A stretch of 64,000 bases of DNA from Lepidodermella squamata (GCA_047495785.1 JBLDXI010000017.1:1736001-1800000), one strand, 5' to 3'; positions 36,456 through 49,964 are shown, counted from the stretch's first letter. Program-made: numbers and translations. Notes: generated by a model from the sequence alone, not told the origin.

Positions 36456-38584
36456 TCAATTTTGATCCTCAGGTGCGCCAAAAAACACAATTTCATCTGT
36501 TGAATTGTTGATAGCAGCAATCACTTGAGAACAATAAAAATCTCCATCAGAAAAACGAAATGGATCCTCTCCATCAGGACGACTAAGGATGGCAAAATCT
36601 CTGGGTTCGAAAGGTCTTCGTGGCCTCAGTTTACCGATCACATCACGTTCATTTGCAGATCGAACCTTTTATAGAATTTTGAAATAAAATTAAAAAAAAA
36701 ATTCAAGAAAAAATTGAACAAAATTAACCTCAATTCGACCTTTCCTTGGGTAGCAAAGAAGCATATTTCCAAGATCGTCGAAATGCATGGCAGTCAAGAA
36801 ACCGACTGAGCCATCAACGACCAAATCTGGCTCGTTGGTTTGCGAAACAGCGTGTCCAGAAAAAATGGGCAGCGAATATACGGAACGTGAGCCAGAGCCA
36901 CGGAAAAATAGCTGGTCATTCCGCGTTTCAAAAACGCACAGCCCATTATTGATAGACCGACCAATTTTCCGTTTGCATTTTAGAGACCAATCCGACATCG
37001 AACCGCTGATTAATTCATCGCCAACAGCTGTGAAAAATCGTTCGAATTCAGGCGAGAATGCAAGGCCGTGGCAAGGCTTGTCGCCCAGTTCAGGCGTCAC
37101 ATTTTTTGATTGAAGCTGCTTCAGACCCGAAAAATTGATAGGCTCTATAGTTTTGATCAGGCCTCTGTCGATACAAACCAACTGACCAGAGCCAGGAATA
37201 CTCCTAAGATATCGAGCACAACCTGCTGGTCTGAAAGCAGTCGGTTGCAGATGAACAGCTGCTGTTTTCGCCTTAACCCAACCAGGCTCGAAAATCTGAA
37301 AAATGAAACATCAGCTGTTCTTAATCCTCTTCAAAATTCGATACTGCGTTATTTTGGGCAAAAACATGGTTTTCAGCTCTAGAAAATCAGGAACAAATTA
37401 AAAAAAATGTGGCAATTTCAGGGCTCGAGGGGGATCCAATTCCCATGTCTGTGCCAAATTTCGTAATTTTCCCATATTACCTCGATTTTTTAAAAATGGG
37501 GCAAGGTTTGGATAAATTTGGACACCTCATTAGCATATACATAATAAGCATATTCATTAAGCTTTTCTTCAAATTCCAAGAAAAATGCACCAAGAAACGG
37601 ACGCCGTCATTTAAACAAGATTCAAATTTTTTCACATTTATCATGACCAAAATTGCCCAACGTGGGGGCTAAACTTGGAGCTCACCTGTGAGAAATTCCA
37701 AGTACCAAATGTTCCTTTTTTTGTAAGTCGACAGTTCGTGGTGTCAACTACTGCTGATAAATTTTTCAGAGCAATCGGCTTTCATGTTTACCGGGAAGAA
37801 GAGGGCCCCAAATCGACGTTTTGAGACATCCCACCTTATTATTTACTATAAAAACTTTCAGAATACCCTAAATTTGGTACCGCTGGAAATCCCGTCTTTC
37901 AAGGCACCTCGAGAGTTTAATGGGATTTTTTCCAACCTCACAGATAGAGCAAATTACGCGTAAAAGTAGTCGTGTCCAAATTCAGCCTGTCTAAACTTAC
38001 CCACCCTTACGGTGTATTACCAAAAATCATGTAAAAAATAGAAAAATCAGGAAACGACCTTGCCCAGGTTTGACTGATTTTTTGCGCAAAAACTATGAAA
38101 TAAACTGTAACGTCGGAAAAGTGAAAATAATTCTTTAATAATTCAATCCATAACTTACAGAAATGTCGCTTTTATGAAAGACGGCAAAGCAGCCACTTTC
38201 AGTAACAGCGGTAATTGACTGAAATTTACACGAACCACGAGAATAAACGTCCGTTTCTTCAATTGTGCCAATCACTTCGATTTCATCATAGCACCGTCCA
38301 TCTACGTTTCTCGCTCTCTTTCTTCGTCGAGTTTTGTCATCGGCATCGTCGGGACACGATTTTTCACGGCAATTATTTTCGATTTCTTTGAGCACAGGCG
38401 CAACTTGGCCGAGTGGCATTCGCATCAGGTCACTCAAGGCACCAGACAATTTAGGATTAGGAATAAAAGTCGAATCTGACTCTTTCGAAAGCGCGATCAA
38501 CCGCTCAGATTCGGAATTCAACCAGGTTATCACCGGTTTGACGACCTCAGCCACGGCATTTTTAACTGCCTCCGACACATTCAT
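36456..38584 (-). CDS. N7: coiled-coil + NHL-like protein
   Basis: Exon 1 ~38157-38584 (KTRRRKRAR), ~860-nt intron, exon 2 ~36730-37295, exon 3 36456-36665. Confidence 0.85.
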
Positions 38585-38667
38585 CCTACGCCTATATAAA
38601 TCGATCTAATCAAATTTATTAAAGCTTCAACAAAGTTCGAGGCAACAATAATGAAAATAAATCGCGA

Positions 38668-40071
38668 TTAAGATGAATGAGCTGGAATTCCGAAGAAAAA
38701 TATTTGGTCGGTCCTTAGGCATGTGGAAGCTATTACACGCGAACAATGAAGATCCATATCCGGGAAGTGTAACAAGTCATGATCTCGACCAACGCTGAGA
38801 ACAGCCACGTGATTAGGATAGAATTCAGTCCGAGTCGGAAAAATGTACGACAAAGCTTGACCTCCATCAGGCGAGACAACCTAAAAAAATTGAAATTTCA
38901 AAAAAATCTGCCTTAAACAATTTAATAATCACATCAAGTCTGTTTCTTGCTCTATTCGCGATAATCATGTTGCCATTTTCATCACAAGCCATGCCAGTGA
39001 TAAGCGTGTATCCATCGACGAGAGGTTTGAGCTCATCCTCCATAATTCCACCGTTGCAATTTAACGGCGCGGAATGAATAGAATGGCCGTTTTTCGTTCG
39101 AATGAATAGCTCGTTATTGTGAACTGCCAATATATTCAAATTTCGGCAGAATGATTCGTTTTCATGGAGCAACTTTCTCCTAGTTCTAACCAGCCAAATT
39201 GATGAATTCGTTGAATAGCCAATGATTTCATGGCCTGACACGGTGTAGACCATATTGGCCGATGGAAGGACGGCTATACCCAGGGGTGGCGTTATCAGAT
39301 CGGTTTGGGTCAACATTTTAACTTCATTCGAAGTATTTTTCACGAAATCAGCCGGTTCGAACGAATTCAACTGCTTCCGATCGATGCAAAATAGATGATC
39401 ATTTGTCGTATCGCTCGCCAGAAATTTGAGGTGACTGGCGGAAGAAAATTTATTCAAATGAGAAATTGCATAGGATCTCGTAAAATTCCCATCCGGAGAC
39501 AATGTCTACAAAAAAATCAGCTTAAAGGAAAAATTAATCTAAAATATTTTGAGATTACACTTATTCGATTGCAATGCATAGCAGCGAAAGAACGACTTTG
39601 TTGCAATGCAGTGATTGTTGCGATTATTCCAGTTTTATCTCCGAAACAATCAGTGTTACCGTCGACTACGCCAACAACTTGCGCATCCTCATAATCGCAT
39701 TTCTCGCGCAATCGACGCCGATTCGGCGGAAGTTTTAGTCGATTTTCCACAGGCGAGACAAATTTAGGAGGCTCTGAAGGGCTCAAACACGATTCACCGT
39801 TCCTACTTCTGTCTAGTTCCGAATCACTCTGAACCGCATCCGGAATTTTCGCTGGAGAGTCGATTTGACCGAGCGGTGTTTTTAGAATTTGGGATAGAAC
39901 TTCGGCGAATCCTGGATTCAAATTGAAGTTCTTTCCCTCATTATCGGCACATTCTAATTGCGATTCGAGGTGTTCGTTATCTCTAACAAATTTTCGAATC
40001 AATTTTTGCACCATATCTGCTACTGAATCATCCAATTTTTCGACCAGGTTCTGCGAAGGATTATCGGTCAT
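38668..40071 (-). CDS. N6: coiled-coil + NHL-like protein
   Basis: ORFs 39517-40071, 38867-39502 (GMACDENGNMIIAN) and 38668-38853. Confidence 0.85.
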
Positions 40072-40217
40072 TAGGTAATAATTTCTAGAAAAAAAATGTA
40101 AAAAAAAGTGATAACAATACAGTCAAATACTTTCAAATTTCTGATTGCCATGTGAATCAAAACAGAGCTTCCACGATTTCTTCATGAAATAATTAATAAA
40201 AAATTGTCTAAACAATT

Positions 40218-43200
40218 TTAGGGCTCGTCATGAGCAGGAATACCAAAAATAAAGGTTTTATCCGATTTCAAATCAGGTGTAACGATCACTCGGGAACACG
40301 CCATGTTGGGCAGTTGGAGATGATCGCCATTACTCGGGGCCCATAAAATCGCAATGCCGCTCGGCTCGAAGGCTTGACGATCTGGCTTCACCTTTGAGAT
40401 CACTTCATCGCCGTCAGGGCTCAAAACCTAAAATTAAAAAAAAAATTCTCATAAAAATAACCAATGTCTCATAAATAAGGTCGAAAATTTTGGATGAAGG
40501 CCTCTGAATAGAGCTCAAACTGCATTACTATCGCTTGATAGAAGTGATAGCATGAATATAGTACTGCAATAACAGAGGCAACAGAGCAACTCTGATAGCG
40601 TATTCTGAGTTGAATGGGCCATGTGCGGCCAAATTATACCATATGATACTAGATGACTATACCTTAGCTTCACCTCATTCACATACGTATAACGCGCGCG
40701 TTATTAATTAGCGCAACCGTTCAGACACGAGAGTACCGCACATGCAACATTTCAGCGATACATCTGAGGATAATTTTCAGTCTAGATGAGTCAAAATTAG
40801 ACACAACGCAGTTGTATTCAGGGTAACCAAGGACACTTATTGGATCACTGGAAGATTCGGCGAAGCGACACTCGGAATGGAGCTGTGTAATCAAAGACTT
40901 TGACCTATTCGACCCGAAGTAGCTGACGATCGTTAAACAATCCAATGAAATCGAGGATGTCGAAGTCAACAAAGAATATTTGGGTCTCTTATTCAACAAC
41001 GTTCAATAGTATCCAAGCCGGGAAGAGGAATACAAGAACACAAGCAAAGTATTCATGAACATTTGGGAATTCGTGGACAACGCTTTGTTAAAACAAAAAC
41101 CAACGAAATATTTAATTATTTCATCTTTATATCTTTTTCTTTTTATTACATTGATGATTTTCGACGCAACGATTAAATGCGCAGGAACAAATTTGCTCGC
41201 TGGAAAAATTTAGCGAACATTGCGTAATATTCAAGAAGCTCCCGCTGTCTACTACCGCGGCTGACCTGGAGACTGTCTTCGCTGAACGAGGCTTGCGCGG
41301 CGATATACTGAAAATAAATGTCGTCGTGGTTACCGGCGCTTTCTACGCTTTCGGCGTCGCTGTTTTTTCGCGATAGAGCAGCGCTGTTTCTATGATCCTC
41401 GACTCGAATGTTCGATTGGCTGACAGCAGCTCTAAAGTTCAGGTTGAGTTGTTCCGCAGAAAACTTCGTAATGGCACGGGTCGATCCCAAATCCGAAGTT
41501 GCCGAATATAAAACAGTTTACTATTGGAACATGCCAGCTGAAGTAACTGCGCTCGACGCTTCACGTGTCGCGTTTTATTGCTGAAAAATCGGCCTTGATC
41601 GAAAACACCGGCTGGTCGCTTAACAATCAACAAATTGACGGACCAGCTGGATGTCGACATGTCTTCACGCTAACCAACGCGAAACAAAAAACCACTCGCG
41701 AATACTCGTTTCAGTCAGGTACATCTTTTGCAACCGAAGCCGCAGACCCAAAAGCTTCTAGAGACTGAGAGTCCTCCTCATCACTTCCTTATTCATGTTT
41801 CCCTCCTCTTCCCTATTCCGAGCAACCTGCTTTACCAACTGATCCAACTATATCTAAGATTCGACAAGATCTGAGCACTCAAATCGTTGGATCCAACGGA
41901 AACTCAGCCGATGAATCTCAACAATAAAAGGTTACAACAGCTACTGGTATTAGGCAACAGATTTTATTCTACGTTGTGGCTGAAGGTGAACAGTCTATCA
42001 ATATCGTTAGCTGACGATCGTATGAGATGCTTATCAGTAGCGCTTAGCGCTTGTAGCTTCTTGCATACATAGACTTTAAAAATATCCCTATGTATTTCAA
42101 GAATGGCTTATATAAACAGCCAATTACTCTCCATCTCAGGCTCAGGTATTGAACTGAATGAGTTTAAATAATTAAGCCAGCATAAGCGTCTAGTTAAAAC
42201 TCGTTGAAGGTGTTCATCCTTTTACAAATCTTTTCGCTTTCAACAAGATTAGTATTAAATCTCAATGTGTGATTTATATTATTTTGTTAATATGCTATTG
42301 TTTTTCTAATCTTGCATCCTCAGATATTGCTGAGAAAATGAAGTTGTTGCAGGAAAAGTTGCAGAAGCAGCTAGACGAAGTGAAGCTGGACATGACAGCT
42401 GGACATGAGCTTGGCCGCCTGCGCCATAGGCGAGGGCCCTTGTGGCCCGTGGTGCCCGACTGCAACTGTACCTAGCTCGACTTCGACTAGTGAAACTACG
42501 CCGCCTGTTTCTCTCGAATTGACAAGATTTGCCGGCTTCAGTCTGTTTATTTTCAGAGTATCTGAATTAATTTGGAGTGTACAAATTATAGACATTCGCA
42601 ATGACAAGTAAGTCCGCACCTCGTTACCTAGCATTTTTTATATGTTTGTTGCACTTTGTCAGCCACTGCTGCTTTTGCGAAGTCTTACCTTGAAGAGGTT
42701 GTCTTCACTCCTTCATCGTCTTCAATTTCAAACCGGGTTAAAGATAAAGTGAATGCAGATAAGAAGGCAAAATCTGATCGGTTCAAAGCTTACATTTTGC
42801 ACCGCGATTGCCCGTTAGAAGTATTAAAGCGAAACAATTCTTATTGTTCTTTGCTTGACTTTGAACTCCCCTTCGAAGCTGCACGTGCTGCTCATATTGT
42901 GAAACGATCTATACTGCAGAAAGAAGGCTGGCGGGAAAGACTTGGGATTGACGATTTTGAAGATGAATATTCCCCTGGTGTTGGTTTTATTGTGGCGAAT
43001 CCAATAGAAAATGCCTATGACCGTGCGGAGCTGTGCTTCCTGATGGACGTCAACCCTTCTGAATTAATTTGCCAAATTTTGCGAAGTGACATTGCGAGTG
43101 AGCTTCTTGTCAATCGCAATAACTGGCGGGATTTGCTTTCTAAAAAATTCCTTAACAAAGAAGTTACGCTGGACAATCAGTCTTATTCAAGAAAAAAACT

Positions 43201-46200
43201 TGAGCAGGTCACATTCGGTGATCTCCATGGTCGAAAGCTAAATTTTGGAGCCGGTGCTGGTGGTGCGCCTTACAAGCGTTGTTTCTGGTTCAACGCCCTA
43301 GCAGCTCAGCTAACCGCAATGAACAGAGGGTGGATAAAACCCAGCCAAGTTGCTGTTCCCGAATGCTACTCCCCAGACGTGAAGCCGTCCAGATGCTTTG
43401 AGTGGCTACAGAAATATTGTGTCTCTTCTACCGTTTCCAACTCTTCATTATTGTTGATTATTGACGATCGTATGTTGATTATACTATGTACTATTAACAT
43501 AGTAATGATTATACTATGTTATCATTATTCCTTCACATTCGCCCTAAATAAATTCCTGACTACGAATTCAGTCATCAAGAATTCGTCAATCAGCTCGGCT
43601 CTCAACAACGTTGACGGCTTGACGCGTCCGCTCTCTTTGCCTTTTGCCATAGCAGAACGCGGATAAAACTGGTTATCGCTGATCCCAAGGTCTTCCACAA
43701 CGAGAGCTCGCCGAAAAAAGCACCTCGGTCAAAATGGACACCGAAAACTTCATGCAACCACACTTTCCTATCAGTTTCATTCGATTTTGTAGCTCTGAAA
43801 AAATTAACTTTGGCTATCTAGAAATTTTAAGGTGGCTAACTTTTCGCATGCTTTCAGCAAGCGTAAAATGCGAGGCAGCGACGTTTCCGAGCTGTTGATC
43901 GGATGCTTTAATATTCCGATGTAGTGATCCACGACGTTCAGAATTTGAATGGTAACCCTAATAGTTACATAATAGTTATAAGACATTCCCTTGAAGTCCC
44001 TTAGGCCAGTTTTTTCCCGTTTTTCCAAATATGGACATGTCAAGAAGAAAGCAGTTTCGCCTTTCCTCGTCGACATCAGCGCTAGGTCGAGCCCGATGAA
44101 AACAGCTACATTTGCTGCTGATCAGATGTTGTTGCATTTGCGGCTGGGTATAATTCTACTGTAGCATGGCCGGTGGCACTCGCGGCGAGATTTGAGCTTG
44201 ACTATGTGCCTGAAGTTGGGTTTGGACCATTAGCGCTTCAAAATCGAGTCAATCGAGTCAATCTAGGTCAATTTTCAGTACAACAGCCGCAACAAAAACT
44301 GCAGCCGCAAGATCAGTCGCCTATGCAAGCCGCGCCATTGGCGCCAGAGGAAGAGTCTGACGACTGATTATACTTAGATATCGACATGTTTGAGATGTGA
44401 TATGATAATTGAATGGTGATGATTTTGCAAGCGGGCAATCGACATCAAACCACCTTGACCTCGAAACACGCACGACAAAATATCTCGGCGGCCGCAAATT
44501 CAACGTAGTGCGTAGTCTTTGAAGCGGCAATGTGTGGCTCTGCTCCTCGACAAATACTTGCGTCGCGCGCCCAAAATTGCCTGGCCGAAACTCGGCTGCT
44601 AACTACACTTCAACATCTCCGAACAATTCAACACCCGAGATTTTTCGGTTTCAGTACAAAAAAATAAGTTCAGTAAAAAGAACAGGTCAATATTAAGGTC
44701 AATCTAGTAACGCGCAACATGAAGGTGTGTGGTGGAAACACGTTAAAATGGGCTAAAATGAGGCGGAGGCGATTTGGGAAGATTTAGGCTCGGCGGTGGG
44801 AAGAAAAACACTTTTTGCAGCCCTGTGCAAAACTACAGTTCCCATAGTATCCCAGAGAAGGTTCAGCAACGTCACATAATGACTTTGTTGGTAGCCAGTA
44901 TTATTAAGAGCAAAATCTCACCACGAATAGGAATTTAAAAAATGAAACGATGTTATTGAAATTTCAAAACCTCAATAAACGATCGACGACCACGACAAAG
45001 AATTCTGTTGACAACTATGAGTTGGATGTTGGCACTTTGATGGCTGTGAATGAAAGAAGTCATGAGCGCTTCGGCCAAGGCGTACTCTCCGCCGCTTATT
45101 TCTATTTCTATTGTCAAGTATTATCAAAGAATGGTTCAGAAGTTAAATTCAAAAGTGACTTTTCAGATGAAGAATTGTTCTAGAAAGATGGAGGCTCGAT
45201 TCTACACAGATTACCCCCTTTCATCGCGACGCTGTCATCGCCGAGGTGAAGGGCGAGCTGATCTCAGCCTAGGAGTCGGAACTCGAGGAGGAAATCTTAC
45301 ATAAACTTAGGGTCTCGATAATACCCAGCCTGCGTGAAGATCTCTACGAAGAGTTGAAAAGCCGGATGCGTGACTGTCTGCAGCAGCTGATTGATGGCCA
45401 AGAAACGCGCCGCTATAGGCATTAGCTGTTGAAATTATTGTAGAGTAGATTGTAGATGAAAACAAAAATCTTCTCTGATTCGCCTTAATTTGTTCTCCTT
45501 TTATTTGTTCTTCCTTTTATCAACGTCACTCCCGGGCACGCTCTACGCCCTCTTGCGCGAGCTGCTATCAACATTTTGGCCACGCCGGCGTTGAGCGATT
45601 TTTCCCCAGCTAAAACTCGTTCTCAATCCCAACAAGAACAGAACAAAAGCTGCACGGTCCGACTCTATCTGCGTATGAATTGGCTAGCTTCATTGATGCA
45701 TTCTATATTAGAGCTGTGATGCAAATTAATAGAGTGGAGAGGCTCTTTGGCACTAAAAAAGTTTCGAACCATGGCTATGCCGTTTATTTCTTATAGAACA
45801 TTAAACAAGTTGGCGGTAAACCGGGTTGAACCGAGTAAACCGCAAATGTTCGTCATCCAAGAATGTTAACCCTGGCACCTCTACCCGACAACCGCCGCTA
45901 CAAGCGAGAGAGAACCAAGGCCAAGGCCGTAGCCCGCCTAGGGATGTCAGACACGTAGACACTCAATCTTGTTTAGCACCGTGGACCTCACATTTTCAAA
46001 TTGGCAAAAATCGAGTAAAAATAAGAAAATTCTCAGGAAAACAAGACGGCTGCTGCTTGTTGGGTGTTTCCTTAAGGACGTTGCAGCGCTGGGCGATTGT
46101 TTTTATGAGGCCCTGTGCGATCAAATATCTATTCGGCTTTATTTCACCCATTCTCGTTCAGCAAATCCGAACTGCCACCGCAGATCGAATGAGATTCGAC

Positions 46201-48007
46201 TACGCCGAGCTAGAAGGATTCACCTGAAGCGGGAGACGTTGTCGCCAATGAAGACGTAGAAATGCCATTTGCCCATCAAAGTAAACATTTCCCTGAATCC
46301 TAACTTTTTTCATTCATACAATTTGCCACTTTAATATTTGCAGTAGCCGAGCAGACCAAAGGCGGGACATGGGCTGATCAGAAGTGTATCCTGGCTGCTT
46401 CCCGAGCCCAGCGAATCGAAATTGTCGTCCACTGTTTTAACTACTCTATTCGATACGAAAATATTTCGCCAGAAGACCCGGACCATGTAGCACATGTTGT
46501 CTATATTAAAAATCACTATTTTTCGGTGCGCGACATTTTCGCTAATGGGAAATCGGTTCCCAAGATCAAAATCTTTGTCAACGACGCGGCCTGATTTCAC
46601 ATTTGATAGATATTATAAAATAAACGTTCAAAATTATTAGCTAATAAAATATTGTGAATGTTCATTGAATAAATTAATATCATCTGCATGTTTTTTTCAG
46701 GTCACGTGATGCTAATAAAGTCACCCCATTTTGGTACGTCAAAGTCACCCCAGTTGACGGTATTATTTAAATCACATTTTCTTCGAATTTCAGAATTTTT
46801 CAAGCAAAAGCTGATCTTCAACCTTTCACTCAATTTATTGAGAGGCAACAATTTGGAGTTGCGGAATTTTCAATAATTTAAACGAAAATAAAATTTACCT
46901 CGATGCGACCTTTTGATTGGTGAGCAACAACCAGCTGATCTGACTCGTCAGTTGCCAACGCGCTGATAATTCCGAACCCATCAGCCAACAAATCAGGCTC
47001 AGTTCCACGCACCAAACCCCCTATCGAATCGAGTTCAAGCGAGTAAATCGATTTCCCACAGCGAATGATCAGCTGTTCACTCGTGGCTGCTAGAACGCTG
47101 ATATTCCCACCGAACTCATCAGCGTCGATTTTCAACTGACCATCCATGCGCCATGGGCGTGGTGGGGCGTTGAAACCCGTGATTATACCGCCGACACTCG
47201 TATAAATAACGCTGGCTTTAGGAGTTATCGCTAGCCCACATGGCTGTGAATCGAAACGTGTCCGAATAACCACGTCAATACGACTTAACCTGGTCGGAAA
47301 TGGAAAATTAACCGGGTTGAACGTTTCAATCTGCCCACGATCAATGCCAAATAAACGACCGTCGCGAGGGCTAGCGCACAAAAACCGAGGCGCTCCAGGT
47401 GATGAATTAGGCACTAATTTCCTCGCCAATTGATGAGTTGCTTCAATATTTCCATTAGGAAGCAACATCTAAAAAGGAAATCGGTAAACATGAACAAACA
47501 TGAAGAAATTAAAAAACGCACGCTAATTCGGTTTTTATGTAGAGCCGCAAAGCAATTATGGCAAGGAACAGCGGTTATAGCCGAAATTTTCCGAACAGGA
47601 TGCCCCAATTTATCAAGTGAATCTGCCTTAATTGTTGCCACAACTTCAGCACTGTCGTAATCACAAGCCGTCCGTTTCCGGCGCCGATTTTCTCCAAGTT
47701 TCAGTCGATCATCCGAAATAGGCCTCGCAGTTTTCGACTCAGCATCATTCGCAGGCAAATTAGTTTTGTCCACGAAACAACTTTCAACAACTTCGGCGGG
47801 TTGGACGTCGCTGGAGAACTCGATTTCTCCCATTTTCGTATGTAGAAAAACGTCCAAAACATGTTTAAATTCGTTACTGAGAACGAACTCGTAATCTTCG
47901 TCGGTGTTTGAACTCAGGCGGTCTTTTTCAGCTTGAATTTTCGACAAAACTCGGCGAACAACTTCAGAAACTGCATCGTCGATTGCATCCTCTATCGGAT
48001 GACTCAT
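40218..48007 (-). CDS. N5: coiled-coil + NHL-like protein with a 6.5-kb intron 2 (40428-46898)
   Basis: Exons 1-2 in ORFs 47414-48010 and 46878-47468 end GRIE|GTAAAT; the only family-type exon 3 before the next gene is 40218-40427 (VLSPDG...FEPSGIAIL...FIFGIP). Confidence 0.7.
42656..43666 (+). CDS. HNH-fold endonuclease-like ORF resembling Crinkler/CR-type effector domains
   Basis: C.L....AARAAHIVKRS, GFIVANPIENAYDRAELCF and PYKRCFWFNA resemble the AAHI / NG.LL...IE.AFD..LCF / PF.RCL..HA pattern; short coiled-coil segment upstream (42324-42400); true start and end uncertain. Confidence 0.55.
   Translation: MSATAAFAKSYLEEVVFTPSSSSISNRVKDKVNADKKAKSDRFKAYILHRDCPLEVLKRNNSYCSLLDFELPFEAARAAHIVKRSILQKEGWRERLGIDDFEDEYSPGVGFIVANPIENAYDRAELCFLMDVNPSELICQILRSDIASELLVNRNNWRDLLSKKFLNKEVTLDNQSYSRKKLEQVTFGDLHGRKLNFGAGAGGAPYKRCFWFNALAAQLTAMNRGWIKPSQVAVPECYSPDVKPSRCFEWLQKYCVSSTVSNSSLLLIIDDRMLIILCTINIVMIILCYHYSFTFALNKFLTTNSVIKNSSISSALNNVDGLTRPLSLPFAIAERG
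45969..46420 (+). pseudogene. Degenerate OTU-like cysteine protease, probably transposon-borne
   Basis: LKDVAALGDCFYEALCDQI (GDGNC.F.A...Q catalytic motif), IRTATADRM, and YL...AGHGLIRSV across frameshifts and a stop. Confidence 0.55.
46717..46762. mobile_element. Probable DNA-transposon terminus
   Basis: AAAGTCACCCCA occurs twice and ends ...CCCCAGTTGACGGTA (reverse complement TACCGTCAACTGGGGTGACTTT, TIR-like); no partner end found. Confidence 0.4.
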
Positions 48008-48458
48008 CACGTGTTCAGAACAACAAGATATTCGCAGTGGAAATATTAGGCGCCCATTAAATTTATAAAAAATCTAATAAAATTCCAGAAAACAATGAAA
48101 TTGGTTAAAAAATTACAAAAATTTCGCAATTAAACTACGACACCAAAACCAACAAGATAAAATATGGCGCATCCAGCTTCAAATTGATGGTTATTTGAAA
48201 ATATATTTCGCTGAATATTGAAGCAACAAGAATGGATTCTATGTGAACATGTGAAGGACATGAAAATTGCGGATTTCTTTCAAAAATATGGAAAATTTAA
48301 AAATCCTCCTTAATAAGATAAAACTGAATGAAATAGCGCTTACAAATGAAGGTTTGAAATTCCAATCTTCATAAACCTGAAAACCCAAACAGCAAAAATA
48401 ATTCGAATAATCTAATTAAATAACCAATAGCCATAAATTGCGATCTTAGTTCAAGAAA

Positions 48459-49738
48459 CTAGCCCAGAGATAGAAATAAAACACGCCTGCCAACAATTTC
48501 GGTTACTGCGATGATTAATTGGTTCTTCTCCGATGAATTTAGGACAGCAACACGATTCGGCGCGTAAACTTCCTCATTTTCAAACTCAAGGGGCTTGAAA
48601 CTCAATTTATCATCAGCTAGGTTGGCGATCTATTTCAAAAATGACAAAAATTCCCAAAAATCTCAGAAAAAACATCAATTTACGTGTAATCGAGAATCAG
48701 CGGCTAAAATGGCGTGATTGGCGTGATTGTCGAATGTCATCGAAGCAATGAAAACGTATTGGTTATCGAACCGCATAAGCCGGTTCATCAGTGGCTCGCC
48801 ATTGCCGTCAAGCTGAACTTGATACAAAAACCGCGAGCCTCTACCCACAAAATACAGTAAATCTCCTCGAAGCCCAACAACCCTTGACTGCGGGGCTGAA
48901 ATGTCATCCAAGGGCCAGTGTCCTGACACCCAGTTCCAGGTCTTCAAACACACGCGGGTTATCGACTCGTGGACGATGGAATAACACAGCGACTGGCCTT
49001 CATTCACAGCCAAACCACAGCCTTTGAATAATGGCATTCGCATACTGGTGGCCAACTTTTTCCTCGAACACGAACTAGACGGCAATATTTTGCTAACATT
49101 AACCGAAAATAGACCCTGCTCGCAATTAAATACAATTTCCAGCGTTTTCGACAGATAAACAGCATTTCGAACTATCAAACGGAGGCCGTCAACCAAACAG
49201 AAATGAGGCATTACTCTAGCTGAGGCGGAGATAACCTAGTAAGGTGTGAAATAAATTAGGAAAAAATTAGTAAAAATCTGAAAATTACATTCAATCCATT
49301 TCCGTTGAACAGGATGAAACAATGCTCCTCAGGGATCGAAAGAATCACTGACGGACGGGGTAACAATAGATCGTTGATTTCAGCAATTTTCCGCAGGGTA
49401 CTGAAGTTACATTCGGAGGCAGGTGGGCAAATATCAGCAACTGGCTCTTTAGGAATTTCAACTATTTCTTGCTTCGAATTTTCGATTTCTTTCACTTGAC
49501 GATCGAAATAAGCAATGTTGCCTAGACGATATTTCACCAAACAGTCGAGGAGAAGTTGAAATTTCGCCGAGACTTTGACTTTAAGCTTATTCTTCTTCTT
49601 CTTCTTTGATGAACGAGGGTGTAATTCGGACACTCGCCCACGCTCAGCCGCCAGTCGGCTCATAAACTGCTGAACAACGTTCGTAATTCTGTCGTCGATT
49701 GTGGCAATCAACACTTGCTTATCAAAATCGCCACTCAT
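48459..49738 (-). CDS. N4: coiled-coil + NHL-like protein
   Basis: ORFs 49256-49738 (poly-Lys) and 48675-49211; exon 3 IANLADD...YAPNRVAVL...RVLFLSLG*. Confidence 0.8.
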
Positions 49739-49813
49739 GGGTCTAAAAATTGCGAAAATAATTAAATTACTTTAGCATAGGGTCGCATATCAAAAATCGA
49801 AGGTAAATACCCC

Positions 49814-49964
49814 GAGTGGGGTACCGCTGGATAGCCTAGAGAAAGGCCAGACTTTTCACTTGAACTTGGTGACTGCTTGGTGACCGAGCCTGTCAAACCA
49901 AATTCGAAATAATTTGCCACTTTCGGATAGCTCTTACTCCAGGCTATCCAACGGTACCCCACTC
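49814..49964. repeat. Inverted pair of a 24-bp interspersed motif also present near 4047
   Basis: GAGTGGGGTACCG(C/T)TGGATAGCCT at 49814-49837, inverted at 49941-49964, near-identical direct copy from 4047. Confidence 0.6.

Noticed and set aside
22618-40218. Prokaryotic or viral operon of many short ORFs
   Set aside because: The ORFs are exons joined by GT-AG introns at conserved positions; U1 and eukaryotic iMet genes are present
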